A DNA stretch of 39,635 nt from Nemertoderma westbladi (lineage: Eukaryota; Animalia; Xenacoelomorpha): NCBI GenBank assembly GCA_032718475.1, contig JAUCBJ010002489.1:1-39635 (forward strand). Direction: 5' to 3'. This document shows positions 12,678 to 23,129 of this stretch, one piece after another. Under the pieces are notes generated by a model. It made no database searches. It was given only the letters and a program-made list of their open reading frames with translations, and was not told the DNA's origin. A program made the position numbers and the translations under genes. The stretch's first letter is position 1, and each line of letters begins with the position of its first letter.

Positions 12678-15380
12678 TGTCCCACTAGGCTGCACTAACA
12701 ACTCACCCCCTTACCTTGTGTCCCACTAGGCTACACTAACAACTCACCCCCTTACCTTGTGTCCCACTAGGCTACACTAACAACTCACCCCCTTACCTTG
12801 TGTCCCACTAGGCTGCACTAACAACTCACCCCCTTACCTTGTGTCCCACTAGGCTACACTAACAACTCACCCCCTTACCTTGTGTCCCACTAGGCTACAC
12901 TAACAACTCATCCCCTTACCTTGTGTCCCACTAGGCTGCACTAACAACTCATCCCCTTACCTTGTGTCCCACTAGGCTGCACTAACAACTCATCCCCTTA
13001 CCTTGTGTCCCAGTAGGCTGCACTAACAACTCATCCCCTTACCTTGTGTCCCACTAGGCTGCACTAACAACTCATCCCCTTACCTTGTGTCCCACTAGGC
13101 TGCACTAACAACTCATCCCATTACCTTGTGTCCCACTAGGCTACACTAACAACTCACCCCCTTACCTTGTGTCCCACTAGGCTACACTAACAACTCACCC
13201 CCTTACCTTGTGTCCCACTAGGCTGCACTAACAACTCATCCCATTACCTTGTGTCCCACTAGGCTGCACTAACAACTCATCCCCTTACCTTGTGTCCCAC
13301 TAGGCTACACTAACAACTCATCCCCTTACCTTGTGTCCCACTAGGCTCCACTAACAACTCATCCCCTTTCCTTGTGTCCCACTAGGCTACACTAACAACT
13401 CATCCCCTTACCTTGTGTCCCACTAGGCTGCACTAACAACTCATCCCCTTACCTTGTGTCCCACTAGGCTGCACTAACAACTCATCCCCTTACCTTGTGT
13501 CCCACTAGGCTACACTAACAACTCACCCCCTTACCTTGTGTCCCACTAGGCTGCACTAACAACTCATCCCCTTACCTTGTGTCCCACTAGGCTGCACTAA
13601 CAACTCATCACCTTACCTTGTGTCCCACTAGGCTACACTAACAACTCATCCCCTTACCTTGTGTCCCACTAGGCTGCACTAACAACTCATCCCCTTACCT
13701 TGTGTCCCATTAGGCTGCACTAACAACTCATCCCCTTACCTTGTGTCCCATTAGGCTACACTAACAACTCATCCCCTTACCTTGTGTCCCACTAGGCTGC
13801 ACTAACAACTCACCCCCTTAACTTGTGTCCCACTAGGCTACACTAACCCACCCCCTTAACTTGTGTCCCACTAGGCTACACTAACAACTCATCCCCTTAC
13901 CTTGTGTCCAACTAGGCTACACTAACAACTCATCCCCTTACCTTGTGTCCCACTAGGCTGCACTAACAACTCATCCCCTTACTTTGTGTCCCACTAGGCT
14001 GCACTAACAACTCATCCCCTTACCTTGTGTCCCACTAGGCTGCACTAACAACTCACCCACTTAACTTGTGTCCCACTAGGCTGCACTAACCCACCCCCTT
14101 AACTTGTGTCCCACTAGGCTACACTAACAACTCATCCCCTTACCTTGTGTCCCACTAGGCTGCACTAACAACTCATCCCCTTACCTTGTGTCTTACTAGG
14201 CTACACTAACAACTCATCCCCTTACCTTGTGTCCCACTAGGCTGCACTAACAACTCACCCACTTAACTTGTGTCCCACTAGGCTGCACTAACCCACCCCC
14301 TTAACTTGTGTCCCACTAGGCTACACTAACAACTCATCCCCTTACCTTGTGTCCCACTAGGCTACACTAACAACTCATCCCCTTACCTTGTGTCCCACTG
14401 GGTTACACTAACAACTCATCCCCTTACCTTGTGTCCCACTGGGCTGCACTAACAACTCATCCCCTTACCTTGTGTCCCACTAGGCTGCACTAACAACTCA
14501 TCCCCTTACCTTGTGTCCCACTAGGCTGCACTATAACCCACCCCCTTAACTTGTGTCCCACTAGGCTGCACTAACAACTCATCCTCTTACCTTGTGTCCC
14601 ACTAGGCTGCACTAACAACTCATCCCCTTACCTTGTGTCCCACTAGGCTGCACTAACAACTCATTCCCTTACCTTGTGTCCCACTGGGCTGCACTAACAA
14701 CTCATCCCCTTACCTTGTGTCCCACTGGGCAGCACTATCAACTCATCCCCCTACCTTGTGCCCCACTGGGCTACACTAACAACTCATCCCCTTACTTTGT
14801 GTCCCACTGGGCTGCACTAACAACTCATCCCCCTACCTTGTGTCCCACTGGGCTGCACTAACAACTCATCCCCTTACCTTGTGTCCCACTAGGCTGCACT
14901 AACAACTCATCCCCTTACCTTGTGTCCCACTGGGCTGCACTAACAACTCATCCCCTTACCTTGTGTCCCACTAGGCTGCACTAACAACTCATCCCCTTAC
15001 CTTGTGTCCCACTGGGCTGCACTAACAACTCATCCCCCTACCTTGTGCCCCACTGGGCTACACTAACAACTCATCCCCTTTCCTTGTGTCCCACTAGGCT
15101 ACACTAACAACTCATCCCCTTACCTTGTGTCCCACTAGGCTGCACTAACAACTCATCCCCTTACCTTGTGTCCCACTGGGTTACACTAACAACTCATCCC
15201 CTTACCTTGTGTCCCACTGGGCTGCACTAACAACTCATCCCCTTACCTTGTGTCCCACTAGGCTGCACTAACAACTCATCCCCTTACCTTGTGTCCCATT
15301 AGGCTGCACTAAAAACTCATCCCCTTACCTTGTGTCCCACTAGGCTGCACTAACAACTCATCCCCTTACCTTGTGTCCCA
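12678..15380. repeat. 41-bp minisatellite derived from the exon C/intron junction, about 66 copies
   Basis: Gene-strand unit TGGGACACAAG|GTAAGGGGATGAGTTGTTAGTG(C/T)AGCCTAG, i.e. 11 nt exon plus 30 nt intron. A few copies are shorter. Confidence 0.97.
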
Positions 15381-15575
15381 TATCCATCATTTTATCGAAG
15401 TCATCAGCATAACCATCGATATTTTCCTTGATATGAATGTTGCTGGCGAGGAGTTCCTCGGCCTCCTGTAGATTCTCCGGCATGTCAGCGGAAGCCACCT
15501 TGGTGGTGGTGTCTGTCAACCACTTCTGGAAATCGTCTAGGTCTCGAAGGAACCGCTGCAGGTTGCCGGACTCGC
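15370..15575 (-). CDS. SPTBN1-like: Beta-spectrin coding exon C (ESGNLQRFLRDLDDFQKWL...MMDMGHK)
   Basis: Not in the ORF track; translated by hand. Acceptor CTTCTAG|GC (phase 1, matches exon B) and donor AAG|GTAAGG. 206 nt. 'LQxFLRDLDDFQxWL' is a beta-spectrin motif. Confidence 0.92.
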
Positions 15576-15873
15576 CTAGAAGACGTTAATTATAATTGTT
15601 AAAAACAAAAACCGTAAATGTAAGAGTCCATGTATTATAATAGCATGATTTGCATAAAATTTGAAACAGAATTAGTTTGACCTCTCTCCTCCTTGCGGGA
15701 TTTTTATTTTTGCATTCATTCTTTAGCTATACAAGCGTTTGAAATAAGTGTTTCTATCAATATTGAACCAGTTACACCGCAGTTATTCTTCAACCTTATT
15801 GTGATTTGTTGGAACTGTTACAAAGCAGCCGGCGCAAGGATTCCCAATATGTAACACAATATGAATCCCTTAC

Positions 15874-16111
15874 CTAGAGCGGCGTCTCTGTCCTTTAGCG
15901 TAGCTCGCAACTCGATCCAGGTGTCGGTGATGTCATCGAACTTGTGCCGGATATCTTCCGACAACTCGGGATGTTCGGCCCCGATCTGCCCCGCATCCTT
16001 CTGTAACGCGTCCAACTTGGTCTGGATCGAGGCGACGTCCCGTTCCATCCCGGTGAGACGGCGTTGCAACGCGATCACACCGGACAAATCGTTCCCGAGA
16101 TCCTCTGTCTC
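15874..16111 (-). CDS. SPTBN1-like: Beta-spectrin coding exon B (ETEDLGNDLSGVIALQRRLTGMERD...DRDAALG)
   Basis: Acceptor TTTGTAG|GAG and donor CTAG|GTAAGG. 238 nt. 'DLGNDLxGVxALQRxLTGMERD' is characteristic of beta-spectrin. Confidence 0.93.
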
Positions 16112-16398
16112 CTACAAACACCAAAACAAAAATAGTTAAGGAAAACCTGAAAATTACACAAAATCTAGAAATTTAATAAATAAAATAAGTAAAATTATCG
16201 GTAAACGTTAAATACTATGAGTATCCTTACACGTTACCCCCAGGTTGAATATCAACCAGAACGGTTTGCGTTATTGTAACTTGGTGGATGATTAACCAGT
16301 AACCATACCAAGAAATAGCCACCAAAAGGAAGGCTAACCTATTTGTACTATAATACTCTGAAAACGTTTTGACTATATTAATTAAATACCAAACTGAC

Positions 16399-16624
16399 CT
16401 TTATAATTCTCGTCTTCTCCTTTATCCAAGAGGAAGTTTCTGTGCACTCGATGATATAACTCTTGAACTTGTAAGTGGCGTTGATGTTCTTGAGTTTCAT
16501 GTCGGCATTTCGTTTGAGTTTGTCCCAGCGGTCGTTGAGTCGTTGTTGTCTGGCTTCTATCTCGTCACTGTTTGGATGCGGGATGTTTAGGAGCTGACGA
16601 CTCAAATCGTTAACAGTCTCCACC
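16399..16624 (-). CDS. SPTBN1-like: Beta-spectrin coding exon A (first exon in window; ..RVETVNDLSRQLL...TSSWIKEKTRIIK)
   Basis: Acceptor TTTTCAG|G at 16625 and donor AAG|GTCAGT at 16398. 226 nt, entering in phase 2. The translation is a spectrin repeat resembling beta-spectrin 'RVAVVNQIARQL...WIREKTKVIE'. Confidence 0.9.
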
Positions 16625-17280
16625 CTGAAAACATACCGGCATCAGAGTTAATCTAATGTAATAACGTTTATATTTCACTTTTATCAGTGTTGTAAACTGC
16701 ACTTTATTGCGGAGAGAACCATCAATCAAGTCATAAACAAAAGTTAAATTGATATTTATGTTTGTTTGTTTGTATGTTTGTTCCGGTATGGCCCCGGTGC
16801 TTTATTATTATGGATAATGAAAGAAATAACAGAAAACATACACACAACATGGATTATATAATTACTATATCAAACTGAGTACATTATGGTAATCCTAGTA
16901 TTATTATTTCAGTAGAATAAAGTTATGGTGGAATATTATGGTTGAGGACCGCTGCAAAGCTTTAGGGGTAATGCTATATGTTATGTTGGACAATAAACCA
17001 TATTATTTGGTGTATTTGATATTGTTTTTATAACAAGTTATCTATTTTCAATAAATCTGCGTGTAACACGGAACAAAATGGCTATCATAAACATTTAATT
17101 AATTTCAAAGGAATAAAAATAACAATTTTCTTTGAATTTATGGATTAACAGATTGCTTTGCTATTGGCCCTTCTTGCAAACTATAATAATAATTGAACTG
17201 CCTGACTGCCTGCATGAATTTATTTTTAATGATTTATTTTATTTATACTGAGTTGTTAACAAAAAAGGCGAAAGTTCAAG

Positions 17281-18282
17281 ATGGCGGAAATCAAAGAAAC
17301 AATGGAGATGTGTCGGAAAATGAACACTGCACGCCTTAAATCATTTTTAGCGAAACACGAAGTACCATCTACTGGACGCCGAGCTGAACTACTGACCCGT
17401 GCGGATCGGCTTATTATTAACGGTGTCGTATCTCTGGATTCTGTTGTCCCGGTCGACTCCTTAGTGGACCCCGCTGTCATTCCCGAGACGAAGGTGGTAA
17501 ACACTCCAGAGTATACCACCCTAATCCTGGAGGCAAACTCGCCGGAGAATCCCGCCGTAATCCCGGAGGCGTTGGAGGTAAACTCGCTGGAGGATCCCGC
17601 CCTAATCTCGGAGATGACGGAGTTAAACTCGCTGGAGAATCCCGCCCTAATCCCGCAGGCAACAGAGGTAAACTCCCCGGAGTATCCCGCCCTAATCCCG
17701 GAGGCGATGGAGGTTAACTCCCTGGAAGATCACGGCCTAATCCCGGAGGTGATGGAGGTAAACTCCCCGGAGGATCCCACCCTAATCCCGGAGGTGACGG
17801 AGTTAAACTCGCTGGAGAATCCCGCCCTAATCCCGGAGGCAACAGAGGTAAACTCCCCGAAGTATCCCGCCCTAATCCCAGTGGCGACGGAGGTAAGCTC
17901 CCCAGAGGATCCCACTCTAATCCCTGAGGCGACGGAGGTAAACTCCCCGAATGATCCCGCCCAAATCCCTCCATTTGCTTCAGTTACTTGTAATTCGGTT
18001 CTAATAGAGGACTTACAAGATGATGGCTCTTGGAAACCCCGTAAGTCTAGCAGGAAGATCACTGATTTCTTCAGAAAAACCACTGCTATAGTCTCTGATC
18101 CCATGGAATCTTTGCTGGATCCTGGTGCCAAATTATTCAATCCTATGAATCCAATACCTGTACTCCAGTCCAAGCAAGGAGACTCTGATGATGTTCAGTA
18201 TGTTGGATGTTACCATCACAATCCCAGTACTGGTACTACTGGTGAACATAACAAATTCTACCCAGATCTAGAACTATTATGA
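17281..18282 (+). CDS. LINE ORF1 N-terminal part: SAP-like domain plus acidic/proline 20-aa repeats
   Basis: MNTARLKSFLAKHEVPSTGRRAELLTRA fits the SAP pattern (L+..L...gl..sG.+aeL..R). It is followed by about 8 copies of EVNSPEDPALIPEATE-like units. Confidence 0.65.
   Translation: MAEIKETMEMCRKMNTARLKSFLAKHEVPSTGRRAELLTRADRLIINGVVSLDSVVPVDSLVDPAVIPETKVVNTPEYTTLILEANSPENPAVIPEALEVNSLEDPALISEMTELNSLENPALIPQATEVNSPEYPALIPEAMEVNSLEDHGLIPEVMEVNSPEDPTLIPEVTELNSLENPALIPEATEVNSPKYPALIPVATEVSSPEDPTLIPEATEVNSPNDPAQIPPFASVTCNSVLIEDLQDDGSWKPRKSSRKITDFFRKTTAIVSDPMESLLDPGAKLFNPMNPIPVLQSKQGDSDDVQYVGCYHHNPSTGTTGEHNKFYPDLELL
17460..17970 (+). repeat. 60-bp coding tandem repeat, about 8 copies
   Basis: GAGGTAAACTCCCCGGAGGATCCCGCCCTAATCCCGGAGG-like units recur with a 60-nt period, in frame. 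Confidence 0.9.
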
Positions 18283-20560
18283 CGAAGAACGTGTGAAAGA
18301 CGCAATTTTTAATACAAACATTCGCAAAGGACTGGTGCTTTTAAAGCCAAGTGATCCTGACTGGAGGTACTTCCAACCTGGTCAGAATTTAACAACAACG
18401 GTAGTGGACTCCTTCCTCTCATTACTGGGTGTTCAAGGTGGAAACAGAATTGGCTGTATTGACACCGCTTTGTGCAGTAAATTGCATCAGAACAACTTTG
18501 ATACTGCCAGTGCCATTAAGTATATTGCATCCTCTTGCGACATTGGCACCACATCACTTATATTCTTCCCTGATTGTCACAAAGATCACTTTGTTCTACA
18601 CATTGCAGATCTAAAGCAACATTCTGTCCATACCCTGTGTAGTCTTAGCCAGTTTACGGAACCAACTACCATCACAAAACGTATATGTTATCTTTTAAAC
18701 CTAATTGATCACATAGCGCGGGGAGTACCTACTGCGTGGTCAACTGTGTCGCATGCTAATCCCTTTCCGCTCCAGAGACCTGGGAGTAACGACTGTGGCA
18801 TATTTGTATGTCTATATGCCCTTGCCCTCTGCAGTGACTTTCAATTAACTCAGGATGTCTGTTCTGGTGATATCAGACATTGGTTACACAGTTGTATTTC
18901 CAATATCAAGCTATATGACCCTAACTCTCTAGAGCCTTTCCTGTACACATTGCAGGATGATCATCGACCACATTGCACAAGCAAAGATGCAGGTATGGTA
19001 ACACAAACTCATTCGGCAGGCCTCAAGAAGGACATTGGGAAGTTCCCTCGGTACACCATAACAGATTTCACCCACCTGTCAAATAAATCAAGAAAGGCAG
19101 TTATGAAAAAACTTGAAACATTTGGGACTTGCAAACTAAACCTCCTAAGAGAAGCTATGTTTCAGGAGGTTAAAGCCCTAGCAAACCCCAATCAATCCGT
19201 CAGCCTGGCATTCCCTGCACGTCAGAACGACAGGGACTATGCAGTGGACGTGTATGAACTCATGATTTGTCTGAAAGAAACAAGATTCACGGAGAAATGC
19301 CGCAAGCGTCTCAAGTACACCTCCATAGATATGGGTGGGCCAGTATCGAACGATGTCCTCCGTCATGACCTTATAAAGTCAGTAGATACTTTGCAAGCTC
19401 GACTTACCAAAACAGAATTTCAGAACGATCAACTGCAGATTGAGTTGAAGAAGTTGCGAGATGATCTGGCACATGAGCGGCACTCACGGCTCATTCTAGA
19501 GGCTTCTATCAACAAACAGACTAAACTGGAACATCTTCCCGGAAGTCCCTTACAGTCAGCCGACTGTGACGAACCCACTAATCAAATAACCGAAAACACA
19601 TGGTTTGAACAGAAAGCAAAAAAGCCAACCACAACTGCTATATCCACTAGCAACCGTTTCAAAGGTCTACCAGTTGAGTATACACACCCCAGGCAGGGAC
19701 GGCTGAACTCAGTGAAGACAACGCCTAACACTGTCGATCCAACATGTCATTCATATAGGGAAAATAGCGACCGGAGAAAGGGAAATCCAAATACTCATAT
19801 GAAGAAATACTCCAAGGCGCTGAATTTTCAAGTTGAGCCTAGAGATAAAAACACACACGAACGTCAGCCAGTAAGCCAGAAGAAGCTGTCAGTTCCAAGA
19901 CACCAGCGTGTTGATTACCCTTATTCATATCTATATGTCAGTGGACTTCCTCAACATACAAGCGAATCGCAAATCCGTAACTACTTGTCCAGCAGGGAAA
20001 TCATGGTACACCGAATCAGATGGATAGTAAAGTTTCGTCAATCCAATAGCATACGCATAACCGTAAACAAGACGGATCAAAATCGTCTTTGTAATGCTAA
20101 TTTCTGGCCAAGTGGAAGTAAATGCTGTGAGTGGACAACCAATAAGAGGACTAATCAAGGCCTAGCAACACCGAACTGTGGAGCTAACTATGGGCCCACT
20201 CAATACTGGGATCAAAACTATATTATTAGTAATGGGTTACAAGGGTCAAACTCAAGGTCGATACATACTGTGCCCTATGACTATGCATATTGGAGTTCCC
20301 AGTTCAACTTGGATCCACAAGACCCCAATATTAAGGACTCACGCTGTCACCTAAGAAATGGGTTGCCCCACGATTATGCGCACAGGAATTCCAAACTTAA
20401 TTTGCAACAATCTCGGCTATTCCAGCACATAGAAGCTCCAATGTTTGACTGCAAACTCGCTGATCATGGTAGATACCCCCAATGGCCTTATCCAAACTTC
20501 GAATATCGCAATCACAAAAACATCCGCACTAAGGACAAAGCGTACCTGAACCATTTTTGA
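18272..20560 (+). CDS. LINE ORF1 main part: Ulp1/SENP-like (peptidase C48-type) domain, coiled coil, RRM
   Basis: FQPGQNLTTTVVDSFLSLL...IFFPDCHKDHFVLHIAD...PLQRPGSNDCGIFVCLYA follows the Ulp1 pattern. There is a heptad segment DLIKSVDTLQARL...LRDDL, an SNRF motif, and LYVSGLPQHTSESQIRNYL...FWPSG (the RRM typical of LINE ORF1). The frame is open from 18272 with no ATG near its start. Confidence 0.75.
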   Translation, partial: NYYDEERVKDAIFNTNIRKGLVLLKPSDPDWRYFQPGQNLTTTVVDSFLSLLGVQGGNRIGCIDTALCSKLHQNNFDTASAIKYIASSCDIGTTSLIFFPDCHKDHFVLHIADLKQHSVHTLCSLSQFTEPTTITKRICYLLNLIDHIARGVPTAWSTVSHANPFPLQRPGSNDCGIFVCLYALALCSDFQLTQDVCSGDIRHWLHSCISNIKLYDPNSLEPFLYTLQDDHRPHCTSKDAGMVTQTHSAGLKKDIGKFPRYTITDFTHLSNKSRKAVMKKLETFGTCKLNLLREAMFQEVKALANPNQSVSLAFPARQNDRDYAVDVYELMICLKETRFTEKCRKRLKYTSIDMGGPVSNDVLRHDLIKSVDTLQARLTKTEFQNDQLQIELKKLRDDLAHERHSRLILEASINKQTKLEHLPGSPLQSADCDEPTNQITENTWFEQKAKKPTTTAISTSNRFKGLPVEYTHPRQGRLNSVKTTPNTVDPTCHSYRENSDRRKGNPNTHMKKYSKALNFQVEPRDKNTHERQPVSQKKLSVPRHQRVDYPYSYLYVSGLPQHTSESQIRNYLSSREIMVHRIRWIVKFRQSNSIRITVNKTDQNRLCNANFWPSGSKCCEWTTNKRTNQGLATPNCGANYGPTQYWDQNYIISNGLQGSNSRSIHTVPYDYAYWSSQFNLDPQDPNIKDSRCHLRNGLPHDYAHRNSKLNLQQSRLFQHIEAPMFDCKLADHGRYPQWPYPNFEYRNHKNIRTKDKAYLNHF

Positions 20561-20612
20561 CCCACCCCTCCAGCAATCTCATCACCCTAGGCACCCCTAT
20601 AAACTAAATAAT

Positions 20613-22004
20613 ATGGATGAATTTATACGGATTGGTACTTTTAACTGTCATGGAATTATTAGTAATATCGACTACATCTCACAGTTATTGGGTGTGCTAG
20701 ACATACTTGCTATCCAGGAACATTGGCTTGATGGAGTCGAGGCGAATAGTATCCTAGCAGAAATAAGCCCGGACTTCGACTGTGTTCACCTTGTGAGTGA
20801 TCTAATGAAAAACCCATCGCGTAAACGTGGTGCTGGAGGTGTATGTCTTCTTATACGCAAAAGTGTTTGCAACAAATTCAGTGTAGTGTCTTCATCCGAC
20901 GACATTGTGGGTGTCATGGGCTCCATATCGGGTTTTCACCAGCCTCTATTGTTCGTTTCTGGATATGCACCCGACTCGTCCAAACCCGACTCTGTTTTTG
21001 AGGAGTTCCTTGGCAGGCTCTCAAATATTTTGGATATTAATCAACATGCAACACCATTTATCCTCTCCGATTTCAACTCTGATCTGGGTGCTCTCCAGGG
21101 TCCGCGTTGGAATAGAGAAAAGGCTACTGCTCGGGGGATTCGACTTCATCAATTCCTACAGGAGCAGGGCTTACTGGCCCTAGACACCTACAGCCCCTTC
21201 GACGGTCCAACAGTCACATTTAAAGGTCATGGCTCTTCATACATTGACCACATTCTTAGCACTTCAGAAGTCATGTCCAATGTTGTTAATGGTTGTGTTT
21301 ACAAAACAAACCCCGCAAACTTCTCTGATCACGTTCCAGTAGTTGCTACTGTCGATCTCTCCAGGTTATGTTCAAATCATGTAGAATCAGCGGACAGAAT
21401 TAAATCTAGATCTGCTCCAGCTCGCATACAGTGGACGAGGGTAAATAAACAACAACTTTCTAGGTATCGAAACAATGTGTCAGAGTGTCTAAATAATCTA
21501 TACGCCGAAGTTGGTATCCCACCAGCACAGTGGTCTGTCAACAACATAGATAAGTTTGCAATGACCCTACGAAATAATCTGCATAATGCTTCCTCAAGGT
21601 ACCTGCTCACTTCGAAGGGCAGGAGGAAAACAAAAAATCTAAGGATCAGGTCAATGGAAATTAAAGAAAGATCGAAGGTCTGTCAACAACTATACAATTT
21701 ATGGGTCTGCGAGGGGAAGCCAACCAACAGTATCCATGGCAACGCACTGAAAGAGTCGAAGCGCTCTCTGCGGCGTCTAAAGAACTGGGTAACAAAATCT
21801 ATGGTGAAAAACGAAACCTCACATATTGCGAGCACTTTTAAATCAAATCCGAGAAAGTTCTGGCAGCACTTCAATTCGAAACAGCGTTCCGATAAACTGC
21901 CTCAAACAGCTGTGAATGCTATTAGACAGGATCTCAGAAATTGTTCGCGCTTTCAGACCTTTGGCAGTTTAACCCGCCAAATTAAGATGTCTTCTAGATA
22001 TTAA
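20613..22004 (+). pseudogene. LINE ORF2 5' part: AP-endonuclease domain plus linker, truncated at about 21920
   Basis: Motifs GTFNCHG, LAIQEHW, GGV, YAP, SDFN, SYIDHIL and SDHVPV; the linker ends NPRKFW. No RT follows in frame. Confidence 0.9.
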
Positions 22005-23129
22005 ATCGCTTTTTAGCCTATGACAAGTATTTGATTCACTACACTAGTCGAAACCAATCCATGCGCGACCATTCACCCGCTGGATATTCCCGGGAGATTG
22101 GGTTCGACGGTTTAATTTTGTTGCTATGTAAGCCTAATGTATTATTCGACTGACAGTATTATATAATCTCTGACAATATTATTTACCTTCGGGAATATTA
22201 ACAGTTCCTTTAGGACGTGGCGCTTTATCTATATAAACAGAGTTATGACTTAAACTACTCACAACGATATGGCTTAATTATAATTCACATATATGGCGCA
22301 TTCTTTAGGAATGCTTCTTTAACAGACTCACTCATACACAATGCTGCACAATACTGCACACTAATCTGCCGATCTTCACTGATTTTAGTCACATATAAAA
22401 GGAACACAGACTGACTCATGTAGGGTCTATCAAATAACATTAGATTCACTTCAAACCACTTTAACATAAGTCACAATCGTTTATCTGTAACCTTTCTCTC
22501 TTACCTTCGGTATATCAAGAATATTGGGTTTCGGGGTTATTTCTCGTTATTCCAAATATAATAATTCATCAACAAATATAATGAATAACCGACAACAAAT
22601 AGCAGTATGCAATATTCTCAAAGCCAGTTATGCAGTACTGCAGTATGCAGTGATTACGAAATTGCAGAGTGTTTGTTTCGTCAGTTAAAAGATATATGTC
22701 CTTGTAATTAAACCTACTAGTGTTGAGCTAAAAAGCATAAAACATAAAACACTAAAAGCCGTTCTTTCGTGGCTTTGAAAAACTCGTGACTACTGCTCTA
22801 TACGAGTATACCAACCACTCTTATTCCACGAAGCTCCCGTTCAACACAGAGAAAGAGCAGTGAGATAGGAAATTTTCAGTTCAGTACTCTGTGATTGGTC
22901 AAAATCAAGGCTAACTCAAAATTCTATTGGGAGATACAAAAACAAGGCTATGACGCAACCTCCCTAGGCTTGTTGGCCGATTAAACAGAGCCCAGATGCC
23001 TGCGTACAGCAAATCAGCCAATAAGCTGGTAACTTGCACTATTTTTAGCTGTAGATCACTTTGAGAGTATTCTTAGCGACTGGGGGGGAACTGGCCAACA
23101 AGGCAAACGAATCAGTTATCCCACAAAAG

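Noticed and set aside
12678-15380. CACTAAC branch-point-like motif in each unit
   Set aside because: It lies on the strand antisense to the spectrin pre-mRNA.
1388-16590. Short plus-strand and alternative-frame ORFs overlapping the spectrin exons, and ORF 14676-14861
   Set aside because: They are shadows of real exons or of the minisatellite, with no recognisable protein features.
17500-17930. CCCTAA telomere-like hexamers
   Set aside because: One per 60-bp coding unit (A/T-L-I codons); they are not tandem telomeric repeats.
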